Positions 50,752 to 62,851 of a DNA stretch of 64,000 nt are shown here, in pieces (the first letter of the stretch is position 1; the number at the start of each line of letters is the position of its first letter). The stretch comes from Octopus sinensis (taxonomy: Eukaryota), in contig NW_021831846.1 of assembly GCF_006345805.1 (NCBI RefSeq), positions 124,001-188,000 on the forward strand, read 5' to 3'. Position numbers and translations under genes: made by a program. Under the pieces are notes generated by a model. That model was not told the origin of the DNA. It saw only the letters and a program-made list of their open reading frames with translations, and ran no database searches.

Positions 50752-51432
50752 ATCTGATTGAAACACACAGTTCTACTACAATTTCCTCCTCCTCAACTTC
50801 CCCAACTATTTTGGGAGTATCAAGTATGCATCCATCTCAGGACCCTCTCATCCAACATCGTAATCATCAACTTCAACAACTGCAGCAGCAGCAACAGCAG
50901 CAGCCACAACATCACCCCCGTCCCTATCACCACAAGCCACCCTCACAGCAACAGCCATCACTCCCACCAGTTACACAGTTACAACAAATGCATTCATTGC
51001 AACCATCTTCACTACCACCAGCATTACAACATCAACTATCGCAACCAATACAGCAGTCAGAAGACACTGGTAATTCCCTGTTTTCCTTGGGTCCCCACCC
51101 AGTGAATAGTAGTACATTATCGCCACATCTACCATCTCGAGCACCACCGTCACCCCGATCGGAGCAGCAGCAGCAGCAGTCGTTAGGGCCGAGCATCCTG
51201 TCGGGTATTGCTCCTTCACAGGGTAGTATTGTGTCCAGCAAAAGGGACATCTTGGAGTCACTTAATCAGGACACCACCACCACAACCATTACCACCACCA
51301 ACACCACCGCCAACAACAACATCAACAACCACCACCACCACCACCACCACCACCACCACCGCAGCAGCAACAACTCTGTATTGGAATCTCTTTTCAACTT
51401 AAACTGTCCAGTCCCTGAAAAACCAGATTCAG
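50752..51432 (+). CDS. EIF4ENIF1: 4E-T coding exon 10, 681 nt, low complexity (polyQ, polyT/N, His10)
   Basis: atcAG acceptor after a T-rich tract, open frame DLIETHSST...PEKPDS (ORF track 50811..51482), G|GTAAGC donor, phase 1 to 1. Confidence 0.88.
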
Positions 51433-51719
51433 GTAAGCTTGACTTTTGTGGTCTACTGAAATGGTCGCATACTTATTTGTAACCTATCATCGACTATCTT
51501 TACACCCTTCCCCTGTTCCCCTCCCAGTTTTTGAGTTTGGAAACTGAGCTGGACATTTTTTCAATCTTACTCTGTAACTTAGTTACGATTATTATTATTA
51601 TTGATGTTACAATGTAATTTCTCTCTAGGAATTGTCATACTGTTACTTAAAGGTTAACTCTTGTGTGCAAGTATGCTATTTTTTTTTTTTAATTCTTGTC
51701 CCTGTCCTACACATTTTAA

Positions 51720-51892
51720 CCCTTTCGTTACAGTATTTTGAGATGCTCTGTGTTTCTTTCAATTATTTTAAATATAACAAAGAATTTAACAAAGTAAGTT
51801 AAGCTAGTGTTTTTTTAATTCAAAACTTAAGAAAACAGTACATTTGTACTACAGAACCAGAGCTGGTTTCAGCCGGGTTGGTAACAAAAGGG
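51720..51892. mobile_element. TTAA-flanked piggyBac-type MITE, internally deleted
   Basis: Same TIRs, shorter body. A further, more degenerate copy lies at about 59424-59634. Confidence 0.8.
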
Positions 51893-53207
51893 TTAAAACA
51901 GGTGTTTTTTTTTTTCTAAATTTTTTTGCATAGTATTAAGAAATGCTGTTTTACCTACAAATTTATCTGAAATCCCCTTACATCTACCTACCATTTAATG
52001 TTTTTAAGTAAATTGTAGATCTGATTAATGGGTGAATGGTCTTGAAATTCAGAATTAGGTGGTAGATTTGCCAGATTCATTGAAGAAACAGTGGGTAGCA
52101 GTTAGTCTTTGTAGAATTTCTCTAGCATGATTCAATGTTAAAAACGTTTGTACTTGATGTTTGTTGTCAATGTATGACTAATTTTTCAGAAACCTCCAGA
52201 CTGTTCTGTCACATGGCATGGAGTTATACACACACACACACACACACACACACTCTAAGTTGATATAGCTGTACAAACTGTCTAGATGTGTGGGGAAGGG
52301 GTCACATGAGACTTGAATTGTTTTATGTTAATTTCACCTGTTTTGATGCCATGCATGACCAACATTTCCACTCGTGCATGACCAAGGTTACCATTTGGCT
52401 TGATGGGGATTTTTGTTGTATCTCTTTCTCATCTTCTCTCTCGCCGCCACCCTTCCCTAGCCTGTTTCTCCTCCTCTTTCTTCTGTCTCCCATCCATTCC
52501 TCCATGGTGGCTTCCTGTCTGTCCCTCTTCAGTCTCGCATTAATCACTGATGAAATTTGCTTTACGTTAATGTTCAGAATACGTGTGAAAGTCAAGTTTT
52601 GATTGAATATTTAATATCTCTGGGTGTAAGGGATATTAATGTACAAGGAATTAAAATTTTTGTTAAAATTTGATCTTTTTTCTTTTAGAAAAGCAAACAA
52701 AAAACAAACCTGAGCTGTATGCTAATTAAGACAGGCAACTATCACTGTATTAAAGGCCAATTACTCAAACTAAATTTTAATTATTAATCAGAAATTTTAG
52801 TGTTTATAGTGTCTCAAAAATACAGATTCCTTAGACAGTACAATTTTTCTGCATGATATTGCAATATACGCACAGGTGTATTTCACTCTTAGAAATCTGT
52901 AGTTTTTTTTTTTTTTTTTTGAGACACTATATTAATTTGATTTAATACTAATATCTTAACATTTTCTGTTATAAAAATTATCAAATTGAATTAACATTTT
53001 TTTCGAAATTCTTTCAAAACTTTACTAAAAATTTTCATTGGTCATAGGTAACAATGTGAGTTTTTTCTTAACACAATTCTTTCAGATGGTTTTTGTTAAA
53101 AATTTTCTACAAAATGCCTCTATTTCTGCTGTTTTAAAAGCGTCTTCTGACCAATTTTTTCTTTTTTTTTCTTTCTCCCCTTGTCCCTTCTGATTCAATA
53201 TTTTTAG

Positions 53208-53324
53208 GTAGTCCTACCAATGTCAATGTGCACGATGCTTCTGCTCAACTCAAGGCCTTACTGTTTGGTAAAGTTGGCCGAGATTCTGTTGCTGCCTCTC
53301 CAACGCCTGGTATAAATGCCTATG
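53208..53324 (+). CDS. EIF4ENIF1: 4E-T coding exon 11 (GSPTNVNVHDASAQLKALLFGKVGRDSVAASPTPGINAY)
   Basis: Pyrimidine tract plus tttAG, G|GTATGT donor, 117 nt, phase 1 to 1, no stops. Confidence 0.83.
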
Positions 53325-53449
53325 GTATGTAGACTCTTCTTTTGTATTCTCTTGCTTCTACTACTACTTCCTACAATTAAGACCTTTAGTTACTGGCTAT
53401 TAAACTTACTGATTTCTAACGAGTACCAGATCATGCATTTTGGGAGGAG

Positions 53450-53489
<40 letters not shown>

Positions 53490-53592
53490 ATAATAACAAA
53501 GGGTAAAATTAATTAATTAAGAAGTAATTTATAATTTCACCAAGTAGAATTCGGTATGAAAAAAGGACCATTTCACGGTAAGTTTAAGTAAT

Positions 53593-53773
53593 ACTAATAA
53601 AAAGGGTTCAGCAAAGATTTGCTTCACCAGACACTGAAGTTTAGAAATAGCAGCCAAAAATCTTAGCTATTTCTTCTACTTTTAAAGTAGAAGAAATAGC
53701 TAAGATTTTTGGCTGCTATTTCTAAAATTTGGTGTCTGGTGAAGCAAATCTTTGCTGAACCCTTTTTATTAGT
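53593..53773. repeat. Near-perfect palindrome, 90-bp arms, 1-nt centre
   Basis: ACTAATAAAAAGGGTTCAGCAAAG...CTACTTT T AAAGTAG...CTTTGCTGAACCCTTTTTATTAGT; 3 mismatches by manual comparison. Confidence 0.95.
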
Positions 53774-53809
53774 GTGTGTGTGTGTGTGTGTGTGTATTTA
53801 TTTATTTCT

Positions 53810-54245
53810 GCTTCCAAAATGCATGACCTGGTACCTGTTCTGCCAACGTTTGGACTGGTTTAACTTTTGCAGGCGTTCCCAACATCTGAACATCTCCCCG
53901 GCTGAACTCTCGGCCCTTTGATGTCTCCGATGCCGCAAAGACATTATCATAAAACAGCCAACAACGGTGGAGCTGTGGTGGTGTGGCGTGCAGACCTCTA
54001 CAAAGTTGAAGATCTCTGCCAACTTCGAGACCCCTCTTTCTGTTGCCCTTTGCCCCTCTAACCCCATGCCTGGCTACCAACAAACTGTGTCCTCCACTAT
54101 CCACAACCTCATCTCCTGTCTCCCTCCAGCCACATTATCTGCACTCCTCGCACTCCCACCCTTTGCTTCCTTCATGAAATCCACAAGCCCAACAACCCTG
54201 GCTGCCCCATCATCTCTGCCTGTAACTGCCCTACGGAACTGATCT
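53810..54245 (+). mobile_element. Penelope-like retroelement RT fragment (frameshifted)
   Basis: Across frameshifts reads NISPAELSAL..RKDIIIK/ANNGGAVVVWRADLYK..QLRDPSF and IHKPNNPGCPIISACNCPTELI, matching the PLE IIKPADKGGAVVV and KIHKxxxPGRPI motifs. Confidence 0.82.
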
Positions 54246-54703
54246 TGAAATACCTTGACTTTTAGTATGAAAACCTACAAGTTAAATTGCTGAGTTGACT
54301 TAAAACTGCTATATTCAAGGGCAATTACAGAAAAGTGAAATATAATGGGCTGCTTAGAGGCATAAGGTCCAAATTTTGAATGGGTGTACTTTTATTTGGG
54401 TACATATCTGTGAAAGAGTGGTACTTGTTAATTAACTTGCCAGACACACTGGGGTCGAGGTCAGCAAGAGCAACTCCTTGCCACCCATGCAGCATAGAAA
54501 TAAAATAGATGTTATGAATTAAAAAAAAAATTTTTTTTTTAAATTTAAAGGGTATGACACAATATTTTGATATGTTTGTTAGCAGTCTTAACTGAAATAT
54601 ATTGGTTTCCAATTCTGGCACTGCAAGTTCGTGGAAGGGTGTAAGATGATTACATTGGCACCAGTGTCCAACTGGTACTTATTTTAACGACTCTCCAAAT
54701 GAA

Positions 54704-55180
54704 TAATAATAATGAAATTATTGTATACAGTGCTCAGGTGCACCACAACTTGTCAGAAAGTGCATATAAAGTACATGCAGTAATGAAGAAATGTCTGGAA
54801 AGCGAACAATGTATGAGTCAGATACATGCTTGTGTGTGTAAGGAGGGGAGAAAATCAGGTGTAGTGTTGGCGAATCTCAGAAAGCATGGAAGTTTTGAAG
54901 GATGCAGTGCTCCAACAACTAACAACTGATGCCGGCAGTTTGTTCCATGCTTCAGCAACTCTCAGCGTGAAAAAAAAAAATTCCTGAAGTCATGGGAGCT
55001 GTGCTGTTTTCTGACTTTGTAAATATGTCCACGGGTGTTAGATGGGTGGAGTTCGAAAAGGTGCTCAGAGTTATTGTTTGTACGATGGTTGATAATTTTA
55101 TGGGTGTCTGCCAAGTCAGCTGCCAGATGTCGGAGTTTCAATGTGTCCATGCCCAGGGAAGTAAGGTGTTCAGGATATGG
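54704..55180 (-). mobile_element. CR1/L2-type LINE 3' fragment
   Basis: LPYPEHLTSLGMDTLKLRHLAADL...KII...TRGHIYKV...RNFFFSR resembles the CR1 ORF2 C-terminus; (ATT)n tail; possible TSD CAAATGAA. Confidence 0.78.
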
Positions 55181-55627
55181 CAAATGAAAAGCAGAATTTG
55201 AACTAAACGTAAAAACAGATGAAATGCCACTAAGCATTCTGTCCGGTGTGCTAATGGTTCTTGTAGTTCATCATTTTAGTCTTATCGGAAATATATGACA
55301 AGTATTTCATGTTATCATTAACATAGCCAAAATATATTGCTGCCATTAGGATAATCTAGATGTAGTGTAAACTTCCGTTTATGTAAAGCGATACTATGCC
55401 AAGGGATCGAAGATTGCAGTTCTACCAAAATATGTGACAAATTCAAAGATAACAAAGCTCATATGTCTACCCCACTCCACCTCCAAATGTGGTGTGGATT
55501 CTGTTAATTTTTCTGGTGATTGAAACCATTCCTTTCTTGACACTTTACCAGTTCATTCTTTAGTGTCAACATTTTTTCAAAAAACTTGGTAGCTGACCCC
55601 CCCCTTTTTTTTGTTTGTTTTTATTAA

Positions 55628-55973
55628 CTAGCAGTATCGCCCGGCGTTGCTCGGGTTTGTGAGGGAAATAATTATAAAGCATTTTTAGAGTTATAGCCAA
55701 AAATATGGTAAAATCGTAGACGCATCGTAGACATTTTTAGAGAGTTACTTTCCTTATATAATAGCGAAAAAAATGCATTAAAATGGAAAAAAATGTTAAA
55801 TTTTTTTTAAATCGTAGACTCATCGTAGACGCGCGCTAATACCCAGAAGGGCTCGATATGAATCACGACTATAAGATACCCAGTTTTGGTTAAACTGCAC
55901 CGCAAAATGTGGGAGTAGTTAGGAATCTAAATCGTAGGAGACAGACACACAACTTCACTTTTATATATAAAGA
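55628..55973 (-). mobile_element. Non-autonomous Helitron, copy 3 (short internal deletion)
   Basis: Same termini and A|T site; ends 47 nt before exon 12. Confidence 0.88.
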
Positions 55974-56020
55974 TATAAAACTGGACATCTTTTTTTTTTT
56001 TTTTTTCCCTCCTTTTGCAG

Positions 56021-56202
56021 GCATGCCAGGCCGTGTAAAGACGGTTGCTGAGATTGAAGCTGACCTCCACCACCAAATGAGTCCCAACGGTATGGTTACT
56101 GTAAGTCCTTTGGAAGTACCAGACTGCAGTGGTGATATGTCAGCCTTCAACAAACTCCTCTCTATGATGAAGGCAGCTGCTGTCGACAACTCTAAACCTC
56201 AT
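56021..56202 (+). CDS. EIF4ENIF1: 4E-T coding exon 12 (GMPGRVKTVAEIEADLHHQMSPNGMVTVSPLEVPDCSGDMSAFNKLLSMMKAAAVDNSKPH)
   Basis: ttgcAG acceptor, CAT|GTAAGA donor, phase 1 to 0. TVAEIE and GDMSAFNKL match 4E-T SVEEVE and GDMTAFNKL. Confidence 0.95.
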
Positions 56203-56350
56203 GTAAGATAACCATCTCGTTATGCTCTCTTTCCTTATTCTTTCCTCTTCTCTCAATTCCTCTCTTTTATGTCAGTCCTTCCCTTTTTCTTTTTTTTTTT
56301 TGTGTGTTTTTGTATTAAACTGAAAACCATTTGAGAAAACATTTCACATA

Positions 56351-56517
56351 GGCGCAGGAGTGGCTGTGTGGTAAGTAGCTTGCTAACCAACCACATGGTT
56401 CTGGGTTCAGTCCCACTGCGTGGCATCTTGGACAGGTGTCTTCTGCTATAGCCCCGGGCTGACCAATGCCTTGTGAGTGGATTTGGTAGACGGAAACTAA
56501 AAGAAGCCTGTCGTATA

Positions 56518-56584
<67 letters not shown>

Positions 56585-56788
56585 TGTGTGTGTGTGTCTG
56601 TCCCCTAGCATTGCTTGACAACCGATGCTGGTGTGTTTATGTCCCCGTCACTTAGCGGTTCGGCAAATGAGACAGATAGAATAAGTACTGGGCTTACAAA
56701 GAATAAGTCCCGGGGTCGATTTGCTCGACTAAAGGCGGTGCTCCAGCATGGCTGCAGTCAAATGACTGAAACAAGTAAAAGAGTAAAG
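56351..56788 (+). mobile_element. SINE family A
   Basis: Full-length copy about 150 nt downstream of exon 12. Confidence 0.85.
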
Positions 56789-59118
56789 AATAAACCAAAT
56801 GATCTTCAAATTCTTCAAACCTCTGTTGCTTGTTTCCTCTAACAGTTTTGCTAGATGGAACTGAGTTCATTAATGTCCTTGATCGAAGATCTTGGACACA
56901 TGATGCTGAACATCTTGTGAATGAGGAATTAGCCAATATTGTAATGTAAATATTACCTGTCTTTGTGGGATTGTTGCTCTTTCCTCTCTCATATTTTTAC
57001 TTCTCACAATTATAGTTTTGAGTAGATTTCTACAAAAATGACTGTCAATTTTGAGATTCTGCTTGATATGTTAACAAATAAGTAATCCTGTCAGAAATAG
57101 AATTAAGTATGGAATAAAAATATCCATCCATCTTTTCCACCCATTATTCTGGGGAGGGTTGTCAGTTGAGTCCTCAGGCACCTCCTCCATAGGGTCCTAT
57201 CACAACTCTTATTACATTTTCCGGTTGGATTCTCAAGCATGACCAACTAAAACTATGGATATCATCCAACCATCTCGTTCTTGGGATGGCTCTCTTTACA
57301 TCTGCCAGTTGGCTTGAAGAATCCATCTTGTGATTCTTTCCTTCAACATTATCAGATATCTGTATTACTGGAGCTGTAACCTTTCACTGTAGGGAAATAG
57401 TTGTAGCTTGACCTGCTGTGACTTCCTGATTTCTGAGTTATGCACTGTTGAATAGACTCAAGAGATTCATTGCAGAAAACCCTATTTCGGCTGTTTGTAT
57501 TCAGGATTGTACTCTTTGATCATTACCCAGCACTCATGACCATAAGTGGGGAGAAAATAGGTTAATTGTAATTTAAAGAAAGAAAATATTTTTATGAATT
57601 ACAATTCTGGAATCTGTAAAGTTATTGCTTAATTGTTGCTTTTACATAATTTATACACTTTCAGAACAACTTTGTAGATACACTATAATTTCTGGTACCA
57701 ACCCTTGGTACTGAAACGGAATAAACGGAATGGTGGTGCTGTCATGCATGCATGCATGCACACACACACACACACACACACACTATTATGGCAAATTTTA
57801 TTAGCCTTTTTCCTGTCCTGTGTCACGTGAGACACAGGACATAATTCCCTAGCATGTCATCATATGATACACGTACCTAATTGTTTTTAAACCACCAGGG
57901 TCACTTGGGACTTATGAATGAAAGAAAAGCTTTATATTATTCAGAACAAAAACACATGGCTTACATAAGTCTGTAAACCAGCTAGGACGTTTAGGGTTAA
58001 CTTATGAAAATGCTTTGGACAAGCAAAGGATTGTTCCAGCCTGCTGAAGTCTTAATTTCTTTAACATGCTACTGGGTTTGCCATTCACGTGAATACAGGC
58101 ATTTTTAGGTAAATGCTTGTAGATGAGCTTTTTAGGGTATGATATGGCTGGGAGGTTTTCTCATCAAAGTTTGTCACATCTAAAATCCTAGTGTTGTTGT
58201 TGCTGACACTCGTAGATTCATCTTTAGGTATCTCCAAAAATGGCCATTTGGCTGAATCGGAAGTCTCCCTCTCACCAGTGTACTACAACCATTATTTCTT
58301 GGACTCCCCCACTTCTTTCTCTCTTCCACTACTGTTCCAGCTAACTTCATACTCTCTGTTCCTAGTTGCACTAGTCCCATATAACTCTACCTCTATTAGA
58401 TCTCACTTCCCAGAACGTGTATTGAACTTTCCTCGACACTGTTATTGTTCACTTCTCTCCTTGTAGATATTGACTTACAGGTATTCAAATTGTCCATCAG
58501 CTGGACAACTTGGACATAATTCTTACTGGTCTGGGACTGCTTACCCTTTCATTTTCATAAAGAAAAAGAAAATAATTGAAAATAGATGTAGGCATAGCTG
58601 TATGGTCATTTTCTTTGCAAATATGCCTTCAGGTTCTGCCCCACAATGTGGCCCCTTGGACAAGTCTCTTATGTCTTGTTAGGTTGACCAATGTTTTGTG
58701 AATGAAATAGACAGTGTGGAAACCCATTGTGTGTTTCTCTGTCTTTACATTAGAAGCTATTCAAATGTTGTCAATGTCCTGTAACTTAGTGGTGCAATAA
58801 ATAGATATTGCTAAAATAAGTACTAGACTTAAAAAAAAATAACAAAAAAAAATAAAATCAATGGAGTTGATGATTGACTAAGATGCTTTTCAAGGTGGTA
58901 GTATGGCTGCATTTTTGACAAACCTGTAAAAGTAAACTGAGGCCTGGCACCTGAGACACCTGTACTCGATTTGGTCTTAGTACCCACAAGCTTCAGCTGA
59001 CAGTCCAGCAAATTAGCAATTTGTTTCACCTGATTAATACACAGAATTGTAAATCTGTGAATGATTTTGTATTATTTAAAATTTTTTTTGTCTTCTATCT
59101 TTCATTTTCTTCTTTCAG

Positions 59119-59208
59119 ATTCCAGATCGCAGGTCACCTCCAAATCTTCCTGCTCAGCCTCCACCAACCATTCCATATTTAACATCTGGCCAAAATGAAT
59201 TTTTGCAT
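59119..59208 (+). CDS. EIF4ENIF1: 4E-T coding exon 13 (IPDRRSPPNLPAQPPPTIPYLTSGQNEFLH)
   Basis: Strong pyrimidine tract plus ttcAG, CAT|GTAGGT donor, 90 nt, phase 0 to 0, open. Confidence 0.83.
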
Positions 59209-60459
59209 GTAGGTTTAATTTGAATTGCCATTTCTATAATATATAGAAAAGTCTTATATACTTTCTATATTGCTCTTCACCAGTCCTCCCCTTAAGTAAT
59301 TTTAGAAGTTTGCTCTTCAGAGATATGAGTTTAATGGTTGGAAATTGTACCATGTGCTACCCACAAATCTTTTTGTGCTGTGTGCAATATGCAGGGTATA
59401 TAGCTGTAGAAAACCTGCCTTGTCCCTTCCATTACCATCTCAGCTGAAACTGCCTCTGACTCTGTAGTACAAATGTCTTGTTTCCATAAGATTTTAATGA
59501 AAATTTTCCACCAAACCTTAGTCACAATTTATGTTCCTAACACCAACTTAGTTATTTTACTAAATTCTTTGTTATATTTAAAATTAATTGAAAGAAACAC
59601 ATAGCATCTCAAAATAAATATAGTAACGAAAGGGTTAATGAATTCATGCAAGCGTGGAAAAAATTAGGCCATTAAGATGATGGTTTTTTTTGTCTATCAC
59701 TTGTAAATTCAGTATTTTCTTCGTGAGCATGAACCCAATTATATTAAAAAAGGCTTCTCTTCTTGCATAGAGGTATGGATAACCTTCATGGTGTCGTCAG
59801 CTTTTAAGTGAAACATTACAACTTCCTTTCCAAGCTAATGAGATTAGAGATGAGGATATCTTTGGTGCCTTGCTTCAGAACTCTGCCATGATTTGAGCTG
59901 ATGTTGGCTATGAATTTCAGCTATGGTGGTTAACTCTGTAAATGGCTAACTAGTTTTGGGACACAGTTAACTTGTGATAAGTCTGGTTCCACTCACTGAT
60001 TTCATTACTGTGTGGTATGATTTGCAGTTTGTGGTTGAGCAACTTGTGTCTCAACAAGATTTTGGTATCAGTTCTACTGCATGATGTCTTAGACAGGTGT
60101 CTTCTAATATATCCCTGGGTTGATCAAAGCCTTGTGAGTGGATTTGGTAGATGGAACTGAAAGAAGCCTGTTGTGTGTGTTAGTGTCCCTTTGACTTTGT
60201 GTGAGAGTTAAAGTGTCACTGTCATACAAGCGGTGGCCTTTGTTTCCAGTCTTCTGTGAAAATGAAAATTTGTGTGGACTGGTGACAAGATGGGCATCAG
60301 TCATAGAAAACCTCGATAAACTCTGTCCAACCCTTGTAGGCATCGAGAAGTGGACTTTAAAATGATGATGATTTTCTAGTTGAGCCTAATGGTTAGCAAT
60401 AGGTACAGCATTCAAATGTGAAACTATATCCTAGACCATTTTTGTTTCTAAATTTACAG

Positions 60460-60913
60460 GCATTGAATCGCAACAAAGAACAGCAACTCCAGATTCAACA
60501 GCAGACTCTGAATCAAATTCGAATGCAACAACAGCACCAACACCACCAGCACAACCAAGAACAGCAGCAGCAGCAAAAGTCCAATCAGCCACCAACACCA
60601 CAGCAGCAACAACAACCGACACCTGTCTTGCAACAACCTACCTATGTGTCTGGAGTTACTCCAACTGGAAGTGGACAGCAGACCTCTTCTGATGCTATCC
60701 TAAACTTCATCAAACAGAACCCAGACATTATTGCAAAACCTGCATCACCGAACCCACAACTGGCAGCAGTTCTACAGCATGTCGGACACCGGAACCTTTC
60801 CCCTGGAGGACCTCCATTGCACCCTACAACATCTCAGTACCTGCAACAGAACTTGCTATCTGGCCAGCCTGGCTCTGTACACACCGCTCAGCCAAGAATC
60901 CCTTCTCCTATTA
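60460..60913 (+). CDS. EIF4ENIF1: 4E-T coding exon 14, Q/P-rich (ALNRNKEQQLQIQQQ...AQPRIPSPI)
   Basis: ttacAG acceptor, A|GTAAGT donor, phase 0 to 1. RIPSPI motif as in vertebrate 4E-T. ORF track 60418..61041. Confidence 0.9.
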
Positions 60914-61889
60914 GTAAGTTTCCTCTGGTTCTCTTGTATTTAAAAACTACACACACAAAAGCAAATGTTATGATGGGGAAGAATTTCGGTAATATTGCTG
61001 CTACTTTTCCAGTTCTCCAAAGAATTCTTGGAGAGATGTAAGAATCTGTTAAAGATATTTATAACTAAGAACTAATACGGAAGTGAATATTTTTTTTTTT
61101 TCATTTAGTGAAAAACTCTTTCATTCTTTTATTTCTGAGCAATTTCAAATTTACAACAAAGTTCTAACATTTTGAAGATCAAGAATTTTTTTCCCCCCTA
61201 TTTCTCTTCAACTTACTACTTACAGCAATTCTTGCAATTTCATAAATCTTTTATCAAAGCTGCTACAATAATATAATCGGTGTTTTTTAGGAGTCTTTGA
61301 CACTTAGTGCTCTCCGGAATGATTAAATTTCCATAACTGCAGATAGATTTCGTCAGCCGGAGATAACTTGGAGTTAAACCACAAAAGCATATTTATTGCC
61401 ACAGATACTAATACTGAAATGAACCACAATATCAATCTGGGAATAGTTTCTACTAGTACCATTGGTCTAGACCAGATCTCACGTAATCATATTACCAGAA
61501 TGTTGTATAGAAACTTCATTGCGCATTCAACTATATATTTGTTTGTCTATTGCACAATAGAGTAGAATCGATTTGTCTTGTATGATCTGGAGAAATGTAA
61601 TTGAACATAAACGAATATCATACGATCTTAAGCGCTGAAAGTTTTCACATGCACAACTGTTCATCTTCAATTTGCCAATGGACTCAACAGATTTCTCTTT
61701 AATAGATTTCTCTTTAGGAGCCTAAAGTCGTTTGAATTGCAAAAATCAGTTCAGCAAAAAGTAATGTTGTTTAGCCTCAGCTTAACCTTAACGGAGCAGA
61801 CTTATTAATAGCCATTCCCCCTGTGTCCATTACACTTTTAAAAACCTTTTTAGGATTACATTATTCTGTGTTCGCCTTATATTATTTTA

Positions 61890-62098
61890 ACTCCTTTTTA
61901 GCATTCAGATTTCTCTTCTCATTTATTCACATTGTTTTGAATTAATCAGTTATCTTGAAGCTTTGAGATTTCAATGATGTGATTTAGTTTTAGAATGACA
62001 TTGTAGGTAGGTGTGAGAGGTCAAATTTGGCCAGCTTAGATATAAAATAGCTAGAATATTTGGGCCAGATATGGTTGGATTAAATCCTAAAGGGTTAA
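61890..62098. mobile_element. Older TTAA/CCCTTTAGCATT-type MITE family (representative copy)
   Basis: Body TAGCATTCAGAT...CACATTGTTTTGAATTAATC...AGAATGACATTGTAGG...TAAAGGGTTAA. Degenerate copies at about 1-130, 510-725, 985-1170, 7760-8335, 13205-13422, 23290-23648, 24830-25370, 30955-31090, 37398-37582 and 38755-39137. Confidence 0.7.
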
Positions 62099-62851
62099 GA
62101 TAGTGGAAGTGATTTTGTACTTTTAAAAGATCAGATGACCACATAGGAGTTTCCTTAATGGTCTGGAGCCTAAAATATAATCTGTTACTGGGATAGGATT
62201 CATCAAATTTTGTTTTTCTCTCTGTAACTATATGTTTGGTGCTACTTAGGCATATAGTCTACTGCAGTATCCATAGCATTATGTAACAAATTTTAATTTT
62301 TTTCCTGTTTTTGGTCAGTGTTATGTCCTATTTGCTTCTATTTAGAAGTCAAAGGAAATGACTACTATTCCCCTTCAAACTTTGTGTTTGTGACTGGGAC
62401 ATCAATGTTTTGAAACTGACCTATTTCCCATTACATTTCAGACAGATTCAGCATCTCAGTTGCTGAAGCAGAAATATCATTATAGGAAATATTCTGCTCA
62501 CTGCCACAGATTTGCTTGTCAATTGCTTGACCGTAACCAGTTGAACATGTCCCTTAATGGCTGACAATATGTGCATCCCTGATTATGAGCAGGAATTGTT
62601 GGGGAGCCTCATAGCCATGTGTTCTTTGGAATTTGGATAAATGTAACAAGAGCAAAGTTTGAAGAAATTATTAACCATTTTTCGTACTTTCTTGGTGTAA
62701 GCAAATAGGAAATAATAGTTGCTATCCAAGGACAAAAATTGTGTTACACAGGGTAGTCTATGCTGGGAAACTACTTGATCTGAGATGCTAAAGTATAAAT
62801 GGCCTGGTAGACTGCTTGCTAAAGTGGCAGCATTTGTTCTTTATATTTCAA

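Noticed and set aside
52540-52600. CTGATGA...GAAAGTC as a second hammerhead
   Set aside because: No convincing stem II or stem I pairing by eye, although the surrounding segment may be a decayed Penelope-like end.
55909-56020. Upstream extension of the exon 12 ORF (MGVVRNLNRRRQ...FFFFFF)
   Set aside because: It reads through Helitron sequence and the polypyrimidine tract; the true exon starts at the AG at 56019-56020.
58040-58450. Higher-complexity segments that might be nested genes (also about 6200-6490, 7170-7750, 17900-18420, 61200-61700)
   Set aside because: Multiple stops and no recognisable motifs or consistent splice pattern; probably ancient TE debris. A BLASTX search would be needed to say more.
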